A stretch of 64,000 nucleotides of DNA. It comes from Phoronis australis. Taxonomy: Eukaryota; Animalia; Phoronida. Positions 1 to 14,900 of this stretch are shown here, one piece after another; the first letter of the stretch is position 1, and each line of letters starts with the position of its first letter. Both the position numbers and the translations under genes were made by a program. The notes beneath the pieces are model-generated. The model made no database searches, was not told the origin of the DNA, and was given only the letters and a program-made list of their open reading frames with translations. The stretch covers positions 140,590-204,589 of the forward strand of contig NMRA01000531.1 of assembly GCA_002633005.1 (NCBI GenBank), in the 5' to 3' direction.

Positions 1-1948
1 GTAAGAAATAGGCTACAGTCTTGTTCAATAGAAGCTATACCAACATTAATGCAGTAAGAGCGCTCAACAAAGGAACAACGCTATCAGAAAATCTCGAATA
101 ATTCAAAAAGTAGATATCCTAGCGAAAAATGAAAGATATCATCTGAAAGCGCATTTAAAACTCTATCTAAATTGATAGTACCACGCACTTCCGTAAATTT
201 TTCGAAAAAAATGAAATTTTGCGGTTTTTTAAGAAATTCAAAGTCAAATAACTCGAAAACGGTAAGTCTGAGAAAAAAATTGTTACAGTTCATTTGAAAG
301 AGTATACCTTGGAGAATCCACATGCAAAAATTCACGTCATTTTCTCCTTCCATTTACATGGCACCTCAGAACGACTCAAAAAAGGTCAACATGCGCAAGA
401 TCCGCCACCTTGAAAGTAACTTTCGGTTATTCTGCTTTATATCATAGCATGTCACAAAAAACTAATATCTTAAAAAATTCGAAGGAATTGGCTCTATAAT
501 GCGCCCTCTACAGGAGAAAACGTTTTTTTCCCGAAATCGAGGTGAGCATGCACGAGTGCCAATATTTCCGCCACCTTTAAACGGAAGAGAACAATTTCCG
601 GGATACATGTAGTGCACATCCGGTCCAATAAATGTGCCGATTTTCAATCCTGTACGTAAAAAATTGAAGCCTCCAGAAGCCTTTGATTCTTAAAATGAAA
701 ACAAAATGGCCGCCACAGCCGCCATCTTGGATCCGATTATGACGAAAAACAATAGACTTCCAGTACTTCTGAAACTACGTGTTATGTGTAAATTTCGTGA
801 TAATCGGACGAAAATTGTGACCTGTATCGTGCGAACAAACAAAATGAAAGCGCTCCGAGGAGCGAAACTTGGCGAAATTGGCCAAAAAGATGACGATAAA
901 GATGATGACGAAGATGACGAATACGACGACGATGGTGGCAAAGATGAACAAAAGAAGTAATAATAACATGCACGACGGATGTAGAAGTCCGAAATTAGTA
1001 AGATAAAGGCTACAGTCTTGAGCGACACTTGGCAAAATTAACGGAAAAGACAACGACGGAGATGATGACGAAGATGATGACGATGACAAATACGATGATG
1101 GTGGTGGCGATGATGAACAACATCACAACACTCATATGACGAACTTAGATGTCATAAATCAATAAGAAATAGGCTACAGTCTAGTTCAATAGAAGATAAA
1201 CCAACATCTATGCAGCAAGAACGCTCAACAAAGGAACAGCGTTATCAGAAAATCTCAAATAACTCGAAAAGTAGACGTCCTAGCAAAAAATGGAAAACAT
1301 CTTCTGAAAGCCCGTTCAAAATTCTATCTAAACTGATGGTATCACCTAATTCCGTAAATTTTTTGAAAGAAATGAAATTTTGCATTTTTTTTAAGAAATT
1401 CAAAGTCAAATAACTCGAAAACGGTAAGTCTGAGAAAAAAATTGTCGCAGGCCATTTGAAAGAATATACTTCAAAGAATCCACATGCAAAAAATTACGTC
1501 TTTTTCTCTTCCCGTTTAAAATCGCACTCCAGCACAACTGAAAATGGGTCAACATGCGCCAGATCCGCCATCTTAAAAGCAACTTCCGGTTTTTTGGCTT
1601 TGTATAATAGCATGTCATAAGAAACTAATACCTGTCAAAATTCGAATGAATTGGTCTTATAATGCGCCCTCTACAGGAGAAAACGTTTTTAGGCCAAAAT
1701 CGAGGAGCGCATGCGCGATCGCCGATATTTCCGCCATCTTTAACTGGAAGTAAACAATTTCAGGTATACTTGTAGAAAACTTCCGGTCCATTTACTGTGC
1801 CGATTCTTAGCCTTTTACGTTAAAAATTGTAGCCTCCAGAAGCATTTGAACCTTTAATTGAAAACAAAATGGCCACCACAGCCACCATCTTGGATCCGAT
1901 TTTGACGAAAAACAATAGGTTTCCAGTACTTCCGAAACTACGTGTTAT
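1..1948. repeat. Long tandem repeat, unit ~1.16 kb, with a (GAT/GAC)n low-complexity block
   Basis: 1-~785 recurs with divergence at ~1162-1948 (e.g. aagaaataggctacagtct and aaaatggccNccacagccNccatcttggatccgatt). Ends at an N join at 1949. In a DOP1 intron. Confidence 0.85.
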
Positions 1949-2017
1949 NAACATACTTGGCGAAATTTATTTCTCCAAGTAACAACATAAAAGAATAGCA
2001 CAATTAATTGATCTTAC

Positions 2018-2170
2018 CTGGCAGTGTCAGGGTGGAGCAGCATAAGTAAGATAGGTTCTAGTATACGTCCGATATCACCTCGGTCAATGGACTGACACAG
2101 CCAGTTGTGAGCCACAGACTGAGTGGGATGAATGTCCAGTTGGAGACTGTCCAGCATCACAAACATAGAC
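2018..2170 (-). CDS. DOP1A: DOP1/Dopey coding exon 9 (gene continues left of the window)
   Basis: SMFVMLDSLQLDIHPTQSVAHNWLCQSIDRGDIGRILEPILLMLLHPDTAR continues FDR|SxFxMLDSL directly across a 13.3-kb intron. Phase 2 to 2. Confidence 0.93.
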
Positions 2171-2784
2171 CTGAATAAGACAGTTATTATGAAACAGAAT
2201 TCTTGTCTACATACACACAAACATAGACTTAAAAATTATCATGTAAGGTACAATTCGCATTATCATTTTCACAAGGGCATCAAGGACATACTTTACTGAG
2301 GGGGTCAAGGCTCGCTACTAGCGTATGATTTTGATGCTATAAAAATGGCAACGTTTGAACGTAACGTGTGCACTGCCCACATGCAGTCCTATTTCGCTAA
2401 GAACTAATTGCCAACAGCGTCACCTGGGAGTGGTCGAAATTCCTGAGGAAATAGCAACTCTTACTCCCATGCAATTTAACACCCATGGTGGCACTAAAAA
2501 AAGGGTTTCCACAATTCAGCATTTCCCTTAGACATTTTTGCTTTCTTGATGAACTGAACCAGCCTGTTCAAATGAAAAACAGCGTGTACAGTTTATAATA
2601 CCTTCTTAAGTCATACGAACACATCGTGACCACTTTATGTTATACAATAAAAACTTCACAGTCTTAATTTTGCAATCAACTTAACAAAGTAAGCAAGGAT
2701 GGCTACAACATTGAATCCCACATACCAATATTTGGAAAAGGGTCTTGGTTGCATCAGCAGTATATCATGTCACGATACACAATG

Positions 2785-2932
2785 ATGGGTGGCGCAGCAC
2801 CGAAAAAAGTGGGGGGGGAGCTAAAGCCACCTTACCCCCCTGTGGTACACCACCTATAGACCATGAGCAGCGTAGCACTGAAAAAAGTGGGGGGCTATAG
2901 CCCATCCAGCCCCCTATGGTGCGCCGCCCATG
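2785..2932. mobile_element. Small GC-rich MITE-like element with internal duplication
   Basis: Inverted termini atgggtggcgcagca / ggtgcgccgcccat. The internal gcacYgaaaaaagtggggg block occurs twice. Confidence 0.55.
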
Positions 2933-4174
2933 AAAGTAGGTTTATTAACATCAAGCACATGGTATGGGAAGTAGGTTATTGTTTTAGCACTATTGTGAAC
3001 CACTGATACTTGATGCATCTACTTAAAGCCTGTTGAAATATGTGAGTGAAAGTTTATTACAGATCCATGAATAAAATGTGAAAGTGTCTCAGAATTATTG
3101 ACATTCTATCCACATGAGTCAAGAGAAGACCACCTGATAAACAATAAACTTTTGAAAATTGGCAACTTTTGCTTTCACACCTGGACGTGTTAAACAGAAG
3201 GTTAATTAAAATTAGTAAATATATAGAGGCTGAGGTTAAAATTCAACAAGGTAGTCACAGCTTCAAATCTTGAAGGGGGGTGCAGAAGATCATTCCTTAA
3301 CATCCAAGATCATCAAGAACAGGCAAAAATTTTAAAAAATATGGTCGAATTGGAAAAGGCTGATGATACATTCCATTGCAGGAGTTCGTTAAAGTTTTTT
3401 GAACAATCCCCTTAAAAATTGAGGAGTTGCGCATGAAAAGGTATATCCCAAAATGGTTGCACAAAAATAACACTCAGGGAAACACAGTCATATGTCAATA
3501 GAACTACAGCATCTCACAACCGTATGTTTGTAAAAATTTGGTCGAAACCCTCTTTGTAATATATAGGCTTATGTACAAAAAAGCGTTAATAAACCTACAT
3601 GGCGGCATAAAAACCTAGAACAGGACAAATCTCACATTACCGTACAATAGTGATACGATTTAGTCTGCCTGCCAGCATAGCTGGTAAACCACATCTCAAA
3701 CGAGTCGTAAGATATTGCGCAGATTCTTTACTAGCATAAAGCATGAGTTAAGAAAAGCCTTTAAATGAAAAAATCCATCTACAATTAGTAGTTCTTGGTA
3801 TTGTTCAGCAGATGCAGAAGGCATGATATGTGTTGTTTATCTAATCAAAACAAATAGCAAAATAACGGAGAATATTTATAATGGCTTTTCATGTTCATGT
3901 TTTATAAACACACTTCAAATGGTAGTTACTTTGTTATGGCCCAATGAATGCATGGGTTATTAGACAGAGCCAGGAGCCCCTGCAAGGTACAACACACAAT
4001 GGAGGGGGGGGGGAGGACTGCAAAATCATGTTTGTATTCACAGCTATACCATTACAGAGAAGCATGTGTAACTATGCATTAACTAAAGTGTAAATACACA
4101 TCAGCATAAGGCATTTTGTAACAACAAACCCAGGTATAGCCAAACGAATAATCATAACATTACCAGACAAAAAG

Positions 4175-4380
4175 TCCTCCCTTGTCTAGTGAATAGCGTA
4201 TTGGACTGATAATCTAAAGGTTCTAAGTTCAATCCCAGTTTCCACCAAGGAAAAGAAAAAGGTGCTGATCATTGACCGCCATGATTGTACCATGACCTGT
4301 GCTTTAACAATGCTGTAAGAGTAGCTGGAGCTGGCCAGTGAAATGACTGCACTAAAACACCTGTGTCAATGTAAATAAGC
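4175..4380 (+). mobile_element. Degenerate tRNA-derived SINE
   Basis: tRNA-like head with an A-box-like tgtctagtgaatag and a B-box-like agttcaatccc, followed by a body and an AT-rich tail. Confidence 0.45.
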
Positions 4381-7300
4381 TAGAAGTTGGTGTAAATAGA
4401 CCAAAAGATTTTAGAAATGTCTTCCAGAGATTACTTTCTCCACAGAACTACCGTACTAAAAAAACTGTCATATACACTAATCTGTGCCAAGTTTTGTTGA
4501 AATCGTCAACTGGTTCTCTAGAAATCATCTGGCAACCTTCTTCTTCCAAAACTACTGAAAAAAACCCCCGCCCAATTGGCCCTGGGATGGGGGCAAGGCA
4601 GATCGGAAAGGCAACACCAAAATAACCTCTAGGGGGTGCTGCAGCGGTTAAATTAACTTAAAAAACAACTAATGCCCGTGCAATGTCGTCACAATATCTC
4701 TGAGTCAAGTTTCATTGAAATCTATCAGTTCTCCAGATCACCCGGAAACCCCGTTCCCCTAAAAATACTGAAAAGCACACCCCCTCTATGCTGGGCAGAG
4801 GGCACAGCAGACTGAAAAGTGACATGCAATAGCCCTAGTGATATCCTGCATTCTTTCATCGATGTGTAACCGACTTTGATAACTTGACAACCGACTTACA
4901 TCCACTTTTTTTTAAATCGTCAACACGTTGGGTCAACTTAATACATTTCTGGCAATTGTAGGAATTGGTAACTTGTGTAATGTCAACATTTGATTTTTTA
5001 AAACTGTGATTGCTGCATTTTTCATCACTACCCTTGCCAAAAATGCACATTTATTTTCATAATCTACGGTCGAAAGAAAAACGTGTCTTAGTCTTTTATT
5101 TACCATCAGATACCAGACATCCGTTGTTTTAAAAAGAGATTTCGATTACTGAAGGTTGAATTGAACTTATTTACAAATCCTTGATGTAACATTAACCCAA
5201 AAAGTTCCAATCATCTATGAAGGTTATCTTCCAGATAAGTTCAACACATGTTAAATGTACTTACTGTGTAGGGTACTTCAACTTCAAGATAATGTTACCC
5301 TAGTTCTTTACGTTCTACTTGCTAAAAATGTCATAGAAACATCCATGTGAACAGTAACTGCTTGCCTACTCCCGGCTCAAGTATTCAGCAAGAGCATTTA
5401 GCAGGCAAAAAACAGTTCACCAGAAAAAACAACTTCTTCAACAACTTCCACTGTGTTTAATAAGCACTCATATAATAATTCATATGCGACAGCTTTGTTC
5501 TTAAATATACTTTCAGATGAACTCTCTGGTTTACATATTAAACAGTCACATAAAATAGTGTTGTGGACCTGGGCCAAGTTGTGTGCTGGGCATTTCTTAT
5601 CCTATAACTTAATTGACCCACCATGCGTAAAATACAGATATTTCCATATTGTCGTCTGCACCCAAGAACACAACAAAAATCACACCCACCCATCCAGAAG
5701 TGAGGCGATTTACAGGTATAACATCATACACACCATCGTGGCTGACTATACAGAGCCAATGTCCTGTCTTTGCACTTACACTGTCTCTTGTTGTGCTTTA
5801 GGGCATGAGTGAACCCTAATAGGAGTCATATGAGTGCTGTTACCATGTATTTTTGAAATCCTACAAATATTCCAGGAAAATACACACGGGATTACTTCCA
5901 CAAACAGCCCCAAAGAATTTATGAACACCGGAAAGTTATGTCGCCCCTATAGGAGCCTGAATAAGCACGCGCCAGCCCCACTGGTTTTAAGATACAGGTG
6001 ATGATAGAAATTTTCATTGAATCAACAAGTATGAATATTTTTTCTGCTATTTATCTAAAGAAATTTGGTAGACCTCATAATCCTAGCATATTCATGTCCG
6101 AATGCCAGAAAAATAGTGCTATTATAGCCACCAACTTTCACATGGGAAATGCACAGGTGTTTCAACAATGAAGAGCCACAAAGTCTTTGGTCAAGAAAAC
6201 AGTAAGGATGGAGATGACAATGAATGACCTTGACCCAGCAAAAGCAATAAATGTTTAATGAAAGCAGAGTATCAAGTGTGACCTCACTAGACAAGGAAAT
6301 ACCTTAGAATAGTTTTGAGAACAAAGTACTTTCAGTAAAGGTTGCTCAGTTGGGGACTGGAGGAAACTCTCTAAAATTTGGGACAATCAATAAAACATAA
6401 GACAACGAATTCAAGTCAAAAATGATTTTTTTATTTCTTGATTTTGAAGATTGAGACAAAGACGATTTTAGCATTCAGATGCGGCATTTTGTAACAACAG
6501 TCTGACAATAGACTTGGTATTACATTTAACTTAGTGTTGAAAACAAGCCCTCTGCAATGTTTATAATGGTTAGCACAGTATGAAACATTGAGGTGAAGGA
6601 AAAATCCCTTTACTTGTCATACATTCCCTGTAAAATAAAACTACTGGTTGTGAAAAATGAGGAGTTCTTACTCATAATTCTTAGACTTAGTACAAACAAT
6701 ATTGCCCATAATTCTAAAATTTAGTACAAGCTCTAGCCTTGTGAAAAATAATTAATTCCGCATTGAAATAAATTAGAGAGCCCTAGTTGCTGCACCTAGT
6801 AAGTTTTTTTCACTTGGCTGAAAACAGGCACTTTAATTCACATTTCTGTGCCCCATCCAATAACTGTGCCACGAGACTGCAATAACCCAACTTATTGCAC
6901 AGACACGTGACACGGCTGTGTATCAAGAGGTATGAGGTGTAATACTAGACGCATTGTGATTGCTTAGCTCATGCCAACGGGATCATTAAAAAAAATAACA
7001 CGGTCCTCAAAATTGGCTCATATGTAGATTTGAAGCCGTGTGGGTATATTCACCCAAATGATCCCTGCACGAGTTATGATGCACCCATAAATAACGTCAT
7101 CCTGATGTTGTTTTGCCATGTCTATTCAATATCAGAAATGCGCCCTCTACAGGACGTTAATATGTAGCTGCAGTCAAACCTGTCATCAACACAACCTGGA
7201 TGGCGTAACATCCACTTTAAGATGGAAATGTGATGATTTCAGTTTTGGACATGGTGGAGTGCACTGTGGGAATTAGACCAGGCGATATCGATAAAACTTG

Positions 7301-10300
7301 AAATATTCATGCATGACACAAACTGCTCTCACTCTTGCCAGCCTTTACTTTCATCACAAGTCAAACCAAATATTCACTGACATTGCGCATCTAAGGTATG
7401 CAATATAATGCACTGGGAGGCTGTAACTTGATTTCTTTGAGGTGTCCTGCACCATTCAAGTTCAGTCTATTCAAACAACTATGAAAACTTCAATATTTCA
7501 AAGCTTGGTTGCATGGATATAAGAAAACATTTGTCCTGCATAATCAATGCCGCTAAATGGAAGGCATTGTGCATGCTGAAAAACAACTTGCATCAATAAA
7601 TATTTGTGGCTCTCAGTATGGAAAAGCATGTAAGCAGAAAAATAAAATCCAACATGATAATACATCACACACAAAATGAATAGAACATCATCCACAGGTA
7701 TTTGCTAATGTCCTGCTTTTTCACAAGCAAATGTACTGATCACTATCTTAGGTCCTATACGACCTATATTAAGTAATTCACCACTGCCATGCAGGCAAAC
7801 TTGTATTGTTTTATTTCGAGTTCTAATGCTGATATCGAGAAATTAGCAAAAGGACAAATAGTACTGAATGCCCAACGTATTAGTCTACCCATAAACCTTA
7901 CGTTTTGAACAGTTACGCAGTGGTTGATGTGAAGAGTTCAACCCAGGACAGATGAGATATTGTCAGACATCACATCACATTCAAAATTCCGCAACAGCAA
8001 CATATGTGATACTGCATTTTCCATGGCAGTTTGACATAAGTACACACCACGAGTACATGTATATCTAGCCCTAGCAAGTTGGTCTACCAGCTGTTTTAAA
8101 TCTTAGCATGCAGTTGTCCTGTAAATCACCCTAAAAATATAAGCAAATTTGCTAATTGAGGGAGGCTGTTAGTCATTCAAAGTGACTCTTTATAACTGGG
8201 TTATATTATGCCAAAAACATTGACAATAAAGACTCATAGAATGCGAAAACTTGACAAAAAAATCTTTTAAACAATTCTTGATGAAACTACCATCTCGCAA
8301 CATCTACCCACAGAGTTATTCACCTTCCCCTGTGAAAGAATTTCTAGAAGAAATCACAAGAAATCACAAAATTCACGATTTCTGAAATACGTGCTAATGA
8401 AACCTCTGTAGTCACCACAGAGTTTCTAATCTCCATCTCTCACAGTCATTTGACAAACAACTGACTGACAAAATGGATACAAACAGCAAATTGATTTCTT
8501 AAAAATAATTCCAAGTGCATTTTAGAATATATTTGAATACTACCTAACCTTTATAACTAATTTCAAACAGAATTGCATCTTAATCGGACTGGCTGCTGCA
8601 TTAAGAGGCCATTGTTTTATTACATCAAAGGTCAAAGGTCACATTTTTCAAACAAGGGAAATGTGCTATGTCTGATGTCTGTGTCTTGTCATACAAAATA
8701 AGGAAAGGTGCTTTGACTTATGGGAGAAAATTCAATGAAGTGAGGAGTGGTTGAAAGATTTTTTTTTGAAATTTGAAACTAAAAGAAAAATGCTTTGACA
8801 TCAAAAGAAATTCAAAATTTTTACAGCAAACTGACATTAGGCACTGGGCACTGGTGAACAAGTCAAATTCTGTTTCTGTGGCATTTTCATTCTAGACCTC
8901 TAACAGCAGTGTTATCCTACCTACATCATGGATATCTTCTTACAGTCACAAACCCTCCAGCAACATCAAATCTGCCATGTGTAATCTCGATGACCTTGGT
9001 CAAGCCTATTCTTAATTTTTTTCAGCCTGCCTTCTCAGTGTTTATTTCCATTGAAGATGACTTGTTACAGCCATGAACTGTTCTTGGGCAAGTCACTTAA
9101 TTGCAGTACCAGTGTCTATTATTGCTAGCAATATCGCCATTCTACCTCATATGACTTTTAAAACTCATTGCATTTTATCTGCCTACATCAGGTTCACTTC
9201 TCCCATCCTTATGTGAGAGGGCCTTAGACTCAGTGAGGGGACCCACCAGGACCAGTGGCCAGACTGTCCCTGCAGTCAACATACAGATCAATGACAATGT
9301 TACCCCAAATACAAATTTCTGGATCAGTCTCTGGGTCATTACAAAAAAGTAGATAAATTCATCAAATGAAAGTAAATGAATCGCTAAAGCAAATGTCTCC
9401 AATTTTAATATATTAAACTAAAGCTTAAACTGACAAGAACAGAAACCAAACTTATGAAAACTGCAAGTTGACAAAATGCATAGCTTGTTAAGTAAAAAAT
9501 TCATTACGGACAGTTGACAACGTTCCAAAACGAAAAATCAGGACACCTGAATCTAGGATGCCGCAAGGTGATACAGCCGCAGAAATGCATTAGAATGCCA
9601 GAAGATGACATTGATTTGTGGCTGCAATCAAACCGGACATCAATGCAACATCGATGTCTCTGCTTCACCTTGGAAACGTGACTGGTAGACGATTTGACTT
9701 TCGGGTCATGATCAAATACACTGTGTTGATTAGATCATGCTTACCTTATTTGCATTTAGTACAATATGATTAGGATTGTGCAAGGTTCAGTCCCAGGGAG
9801 ATAAAAAATTCCTCGAAACATCCACCGTCTGCAGTGCTGACAGCTTTTTCTCTTTTTTATTCCTTAATGTGCAATGGAAGGAGGAAATTTGACAAGCATG
9901 AACATACACAAAACCATGTGTTAGCAAAACAGTGTAAGGGTGGATATACAGGGCGACGGGCAAAAATGGGACAGTTGGTAACTTATATATGATTAAGATG
10001 TTAATATTTGCAAGCCTATATTGTTGAACAGGTTACACACATGATTTTCATGGAAACCAATCAGCTGCCAGAACTCAAACAAAATGAGGTCATAAAAACA
10101 AGTTGCTGAATGTACAAAAAATAACGTTTTTAAAGAGACCATTTGTGTGCGTACTGTTAGCACACACAATAACACAAAGTTGCCATGAAACACAATCGTC
10201 ACAGTTCAGTTAGAATCATATCCTTCAACTAAGTAGTAATATCTAAAACTACCTTTCACAGTGTGTGAATTTATATTGAAACAGTGTTTACTTCACACTT

Positions 10301-10498
10301 ATCATGAACCAGCTTAACAATGGGGGTCAGTCTCAAAACTTCAAACCATTATATTTACCTGGTTTTGTAATACCAACCAGATAATCAATATTCATGGTTT
10401 AAAATATGGTGAACAAATGGCTGACAAATGTGTTTGTCAACCCAAATAATAGCTTAAAGAGAACTGAAATGTTCAAAATCTTTTCAAAAAGAAGTTGT

Positions 10499-11911
10499 AC
10501 AAGAGCAGGGCGGAGTGTTGAATTCAGTGCACCGACAAATGCACCGCAAACGGTGTGCTTCTAGGCTTGTTTATTTGTTTCATAAAAATAACCACTAGAC
10601 AGCGCAAAAACGTCCAATCCATCTGAAAACGGATATATACCATTGTTTTTTTAATAGAAAGCTATTTACCAAATTTCATAAAAATCTGGCAAAGAACTTC
10701 AGAGACACAAGCGAAAACAGAAAAATGGCCACTAGGTGGCGCAAAGTACCTCGATTCCATCAAAAAAAAGGAGGACAGCATCATATCACCAATAGATGCC
10801 TATATGCCAAATTTTCTGAAAATCTGTTGAGGACCTTTGACGATACAGAGGTAAACCTAAAAACAAAAATTACCTCTAGGGGGCACACTGGTTATCAGAT
10901 CCATCAGAAAGTTGTTGTCTTCCGTTGTTAATGTCATATAAATACACTTGCTAAATTTAGCAAAGATCGTGCAAATGATTTAGGATACACAGCCATGGGC
11001 GCAAAAAAACTGCCACTAGGAGGCACCCCAGTAGTCAAAGTCATCAGAAAATCATCGTCAGGTTCGTAACTTCGTAGTAAGAACATACATGCCAATTTTC
11101 ACAATCATCCTAAGAGTGGTTTGGCAGAAAAAGGGGTGAACACCATAAAAACAGACTAAAAACACTAAAAATGGCCACTAGGTGGCGCAAACTACGTCAA
11201 ATCCACTCGAAAACAAGAGGATAGCGTCATCTCACTAATAGATGACAATATGCCGAATTATATGAAAATACATAAGGACCTTTGAAGAAACAGAGGTAAA
11301 CGTAAAAAACTAAAATCGTCACTAGGTGGCACACCGGTGGTCTGATCCCTCCTAAAGTCGTCGTCATTCATTGCCAAAATTAGTAAAGATCCTGTCAACG
11401 GTTTACGAGATACAGCCATGGGCGCAAAAAAAAATAAAACTGCCACTAGGAGGCATCACAGTACTCAAATTGTCGGAATATAATCCTCAGCCATCCTCTT
11501 TATAATAAGAACATACATGCCAATTTTCACAATCATCCTTAGAGCGGTTTGGTTGACAGAGGGGTGGACGTGAAAAACAGACTCGAAAACAGCAAAAATG
11601 GCCACTAGGCGGCCCAAACTAAGTCGAAACCATCCAACAACAGACGGATCCGGATAGCGTCATCTCACTAATATACATGTTGAGGACCTTTGAAGATATA
11701 GAGAAAAGCGTAAAAAACTAAAATTGCCACTAGAGGGCACACCGGTAGTCGGATTCATTCGAAAGTTCGTTCATGTCGTCCCATCCATGAAAAGAACATA
11801 AGTGCAAAATTTCACGAAGGTACGTCAAAGTATTTTGGAGATAGAGCAGCAGACGCTGGACAGAGATGACAGCATAATGCGACCGCATATAAATATGTGG
11901 GCGCATAAAAA
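10499..11911. mobile_element. Helentron/HINE-like non-autonomous element with internal tandem repeats
   Basis: Starts acaagag...atgcacc, has repeated aaaatggccactagRtggcgc units, and ends in a short palindrome ccgcatataaatatgtgg + gcgcataaaaa. Subterminal inverted repeat atgcacc(cac)/gtgggcgcat. Confidence 0.65.
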
Positions 11912-14900
11912 TGGTTCATATGAAATCGTTCATCAAATCTGTCACGTAGGACATTATTGACTACTCGGGTGTATTTAGCAAAATGTCTAGAAAACTAAAG
12001 ACTTTAACTCAGTAAAAGTATACATTTTCTGAAAGTAGAAAGTCTGAAGAATTTGATTTTTGACTGGGTATTTACTGTTATTAAATGGGTCACGTGATGA
12101 TGTCATTTTAGCAAAATTTAGAAAAAAAAAACATTCATAGCAAAACAGCATTTATCAATGATATGATAATTACAAGCTAAACGCTTGCATCTACAGAACA
12201 TAACCCAGGACAGTACCATGTATAAGTTTTAAAAATATCAGTGGATGTTTGCAATCCGACAACTATCCCACAATGCAATTGAAAAACGACAATCAGTGCC
12301 CCTAATAGGTTTTGCCGAAGATAAAATTACTCAAATTGAACTTCGTAAGAAGATGATGCTACCATGTTTTCAAATGAATAATTAGTCTTTATTTCCGAAA
12401 CTGTAAGCATAATCAATCATCTCTTATGGTGTCAGCAGTCCGTCTAAAGGGTGAATATTTTTTTAAAATTTCCAGGGTAGTTGGATCCATCTGAAAATGA
12501 GCATCACTACAATGTGCTTTTTCATAAGGAACAGCTAACTATAATCTCACCAAGATCAATCAAATAACTTGGTAGATATGAAAGCAAACGAAATGACAAA
12601 TTCCCACTAAAAGGCACATCACGACAATAGTTATATCAGTCCAAAAATCAACACTTCAATCAGAACTTGATATATATTGAGGTAGACACAAAGAAAACTC
12701 AAATTGCCACACAGAAGCAGCACAATAGTCAGGTCCATCTAAAAATCCACAACAGCTGTGTTCTCTATTCATGAAGATATATCAACTTGGTTGGTTTTGA
12801 GGGAGGCATAAAAAACAAAACTGTTTACTATGAAGCACCCTGGTGGTCAGAATTATACCACAATCAACTGCAGCTGAGGTTTTTACAATATGACCACACA
12901 TGCCAAATTTGATAAAGACCTAAAGAAGGATATGGATGTCAAAGCAAACACAAAGAACTAAAATTGTCACAATGACACGTCGCAGTACAATCCTCCGAAA
13001 ATATTGATTGCCAGCAATACTGTCGTCAATATGAACACATATTTCATGATGATGACAAGATACCGGACAAACACAAGATGCTTTTCTCACTTGAAACGTG
13101 TGGATATCCACACTCGGTCTTCAGCAAGGCTGCTTATAAAACATCGAGATATGAGCTGAATATTGTGGACATTCCCCAATCACAACAACTACTGGCTAAG
13201 ATAACTATTTCATATGTGGAGACTCTTTGAACCACTGTGTTCAGGAATTTTCACATCAACAAGTCTCTTAAACCTGCAGACAAAATGAGACAAAAACTTG
13301 ATGTGCACCCAAGACACACAATCCCCCCAAAAATAGACAAATGTAATATGAAGTGTAGCAAATGCCGAGGGGGGGACCTATGTATGCGATACCTCTGAAA
13401 CCACGGTTATCTCAACATTGAAGGCCAGCTATGGTGATGTCTATGTTTCAGCTGTCCTCACTCATTGTGAGGAATTGGGTCATATATCTGATCTGGATGA
13501 TGTGCTTGTTCTTGACTAGGAAACACTGGTTTGAACAAAAGGGGTGGAGATTCATAATAGCGTGTATGTGAGACCGAATACTATTCAAAGTTTCCCTCAA
13601 GACTGATTCACTCCAACAGGTGTCGTAGCAGAGCTTGAGAAAATTTGGCTGTGGTTGACAACACATTGCGTAAAATTCCCAAGTAAGCTCAGTAAAGAAG
13701 CATAATTTTTCTACATCATGTTTCACCACTGGAAGAGAGATAATCTTCATCCATATGTAAACTTAGTCTGTTGAATATCATGTATCGTGAACATGACAGA
13801 GCATTGATTTGGTGCAATACATCGTCTTTGAAAAATGAGAAAATAAAATTAAAATTGTCCGCCAACTTATGTTCTAAATTGTTGAGATTTTGCGATAACA
13901 GTGGAATCTTACTGTTTGTCCACTAATTGACGAGTTGTTACATCACGGCAGGTTAGACTGACCCAACAGACTTGTAGAACCTTGTTTACATACTCAAAGT
14001 GGGTCGGTCCACTGTCACATCATGAAGAACACAAGATCAATTGCCAAATCCTTTTTTACTCTAATCTAAAATCACAATTTTGCGAGCAGTTTAAAATTTT
14101 TTTATGGGCAACTCGGTTATTTTCATTAAGAATCGGGGTTTTACTGATGTTTCCAAAAATCAAGAGGTTTTTAATTTCGATTCCATAGCCCTGCAAAACT
14201 ACACAAGCTTGATGTGCCCTAATAACCTATCAGTGGATGGTACCAAGCTACTGTTAAATTCCATTTTTTACCCTGATCTACACTGATATGCACCAATAAA
14301 ACATGACATTAAATGAACTAAAATTATTGCTCTGTTGATCAATTTTAGCTTTTTGCACTGACTCTACAAAGTTCCTACTAAAGTAGAACATAAAATATCA
14401 TAACTAATTTGAGTTCAATTTCCAGTAAGAAAAATGAACCCTGATTCCTGATGTTAAACTGTCCAGGTCTTTGAAAACACCAAAACGGCCTGTATGAACA
14501 ACCGGAACAATATGAGCATGATTTCATAAACGTAAGTGCCCTATATCAAAAATTACTTTCTACTGGAATCATCAACTGTGTGAAACAGAAAGTTTGAAGT
14601 GTCACTTTTCAATGTAAATCCAAGGGTGCTATTGTTACTAGAAAGGGCCTCAAATTGAGTTGTACTCTCTGACCAAACAACATGTATCAAATTACATTTA
14701 ATTCCTTGAAGTTGTTACGAGAATAATTATCAAAAATAAACTGAGGATCAAAACAAGCAATATGGCAACAAAATACACCAACCTGACACAGTGTAACAAT
14801 GTGCCTACATGTATGGGTACATGATATAAGATTGTAAATGTGACAATTACCAAAATAGTAACCACGAACATCCAAATGTGTGGGTGCCCTAAGCTAGATT

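Noticed and set aside
690-1089. Asp-rich and Ser-rich ORFs
   Set aside because: They arise from the (GAT/GAC)n tract in a tandem repeat. No splice or homology support.
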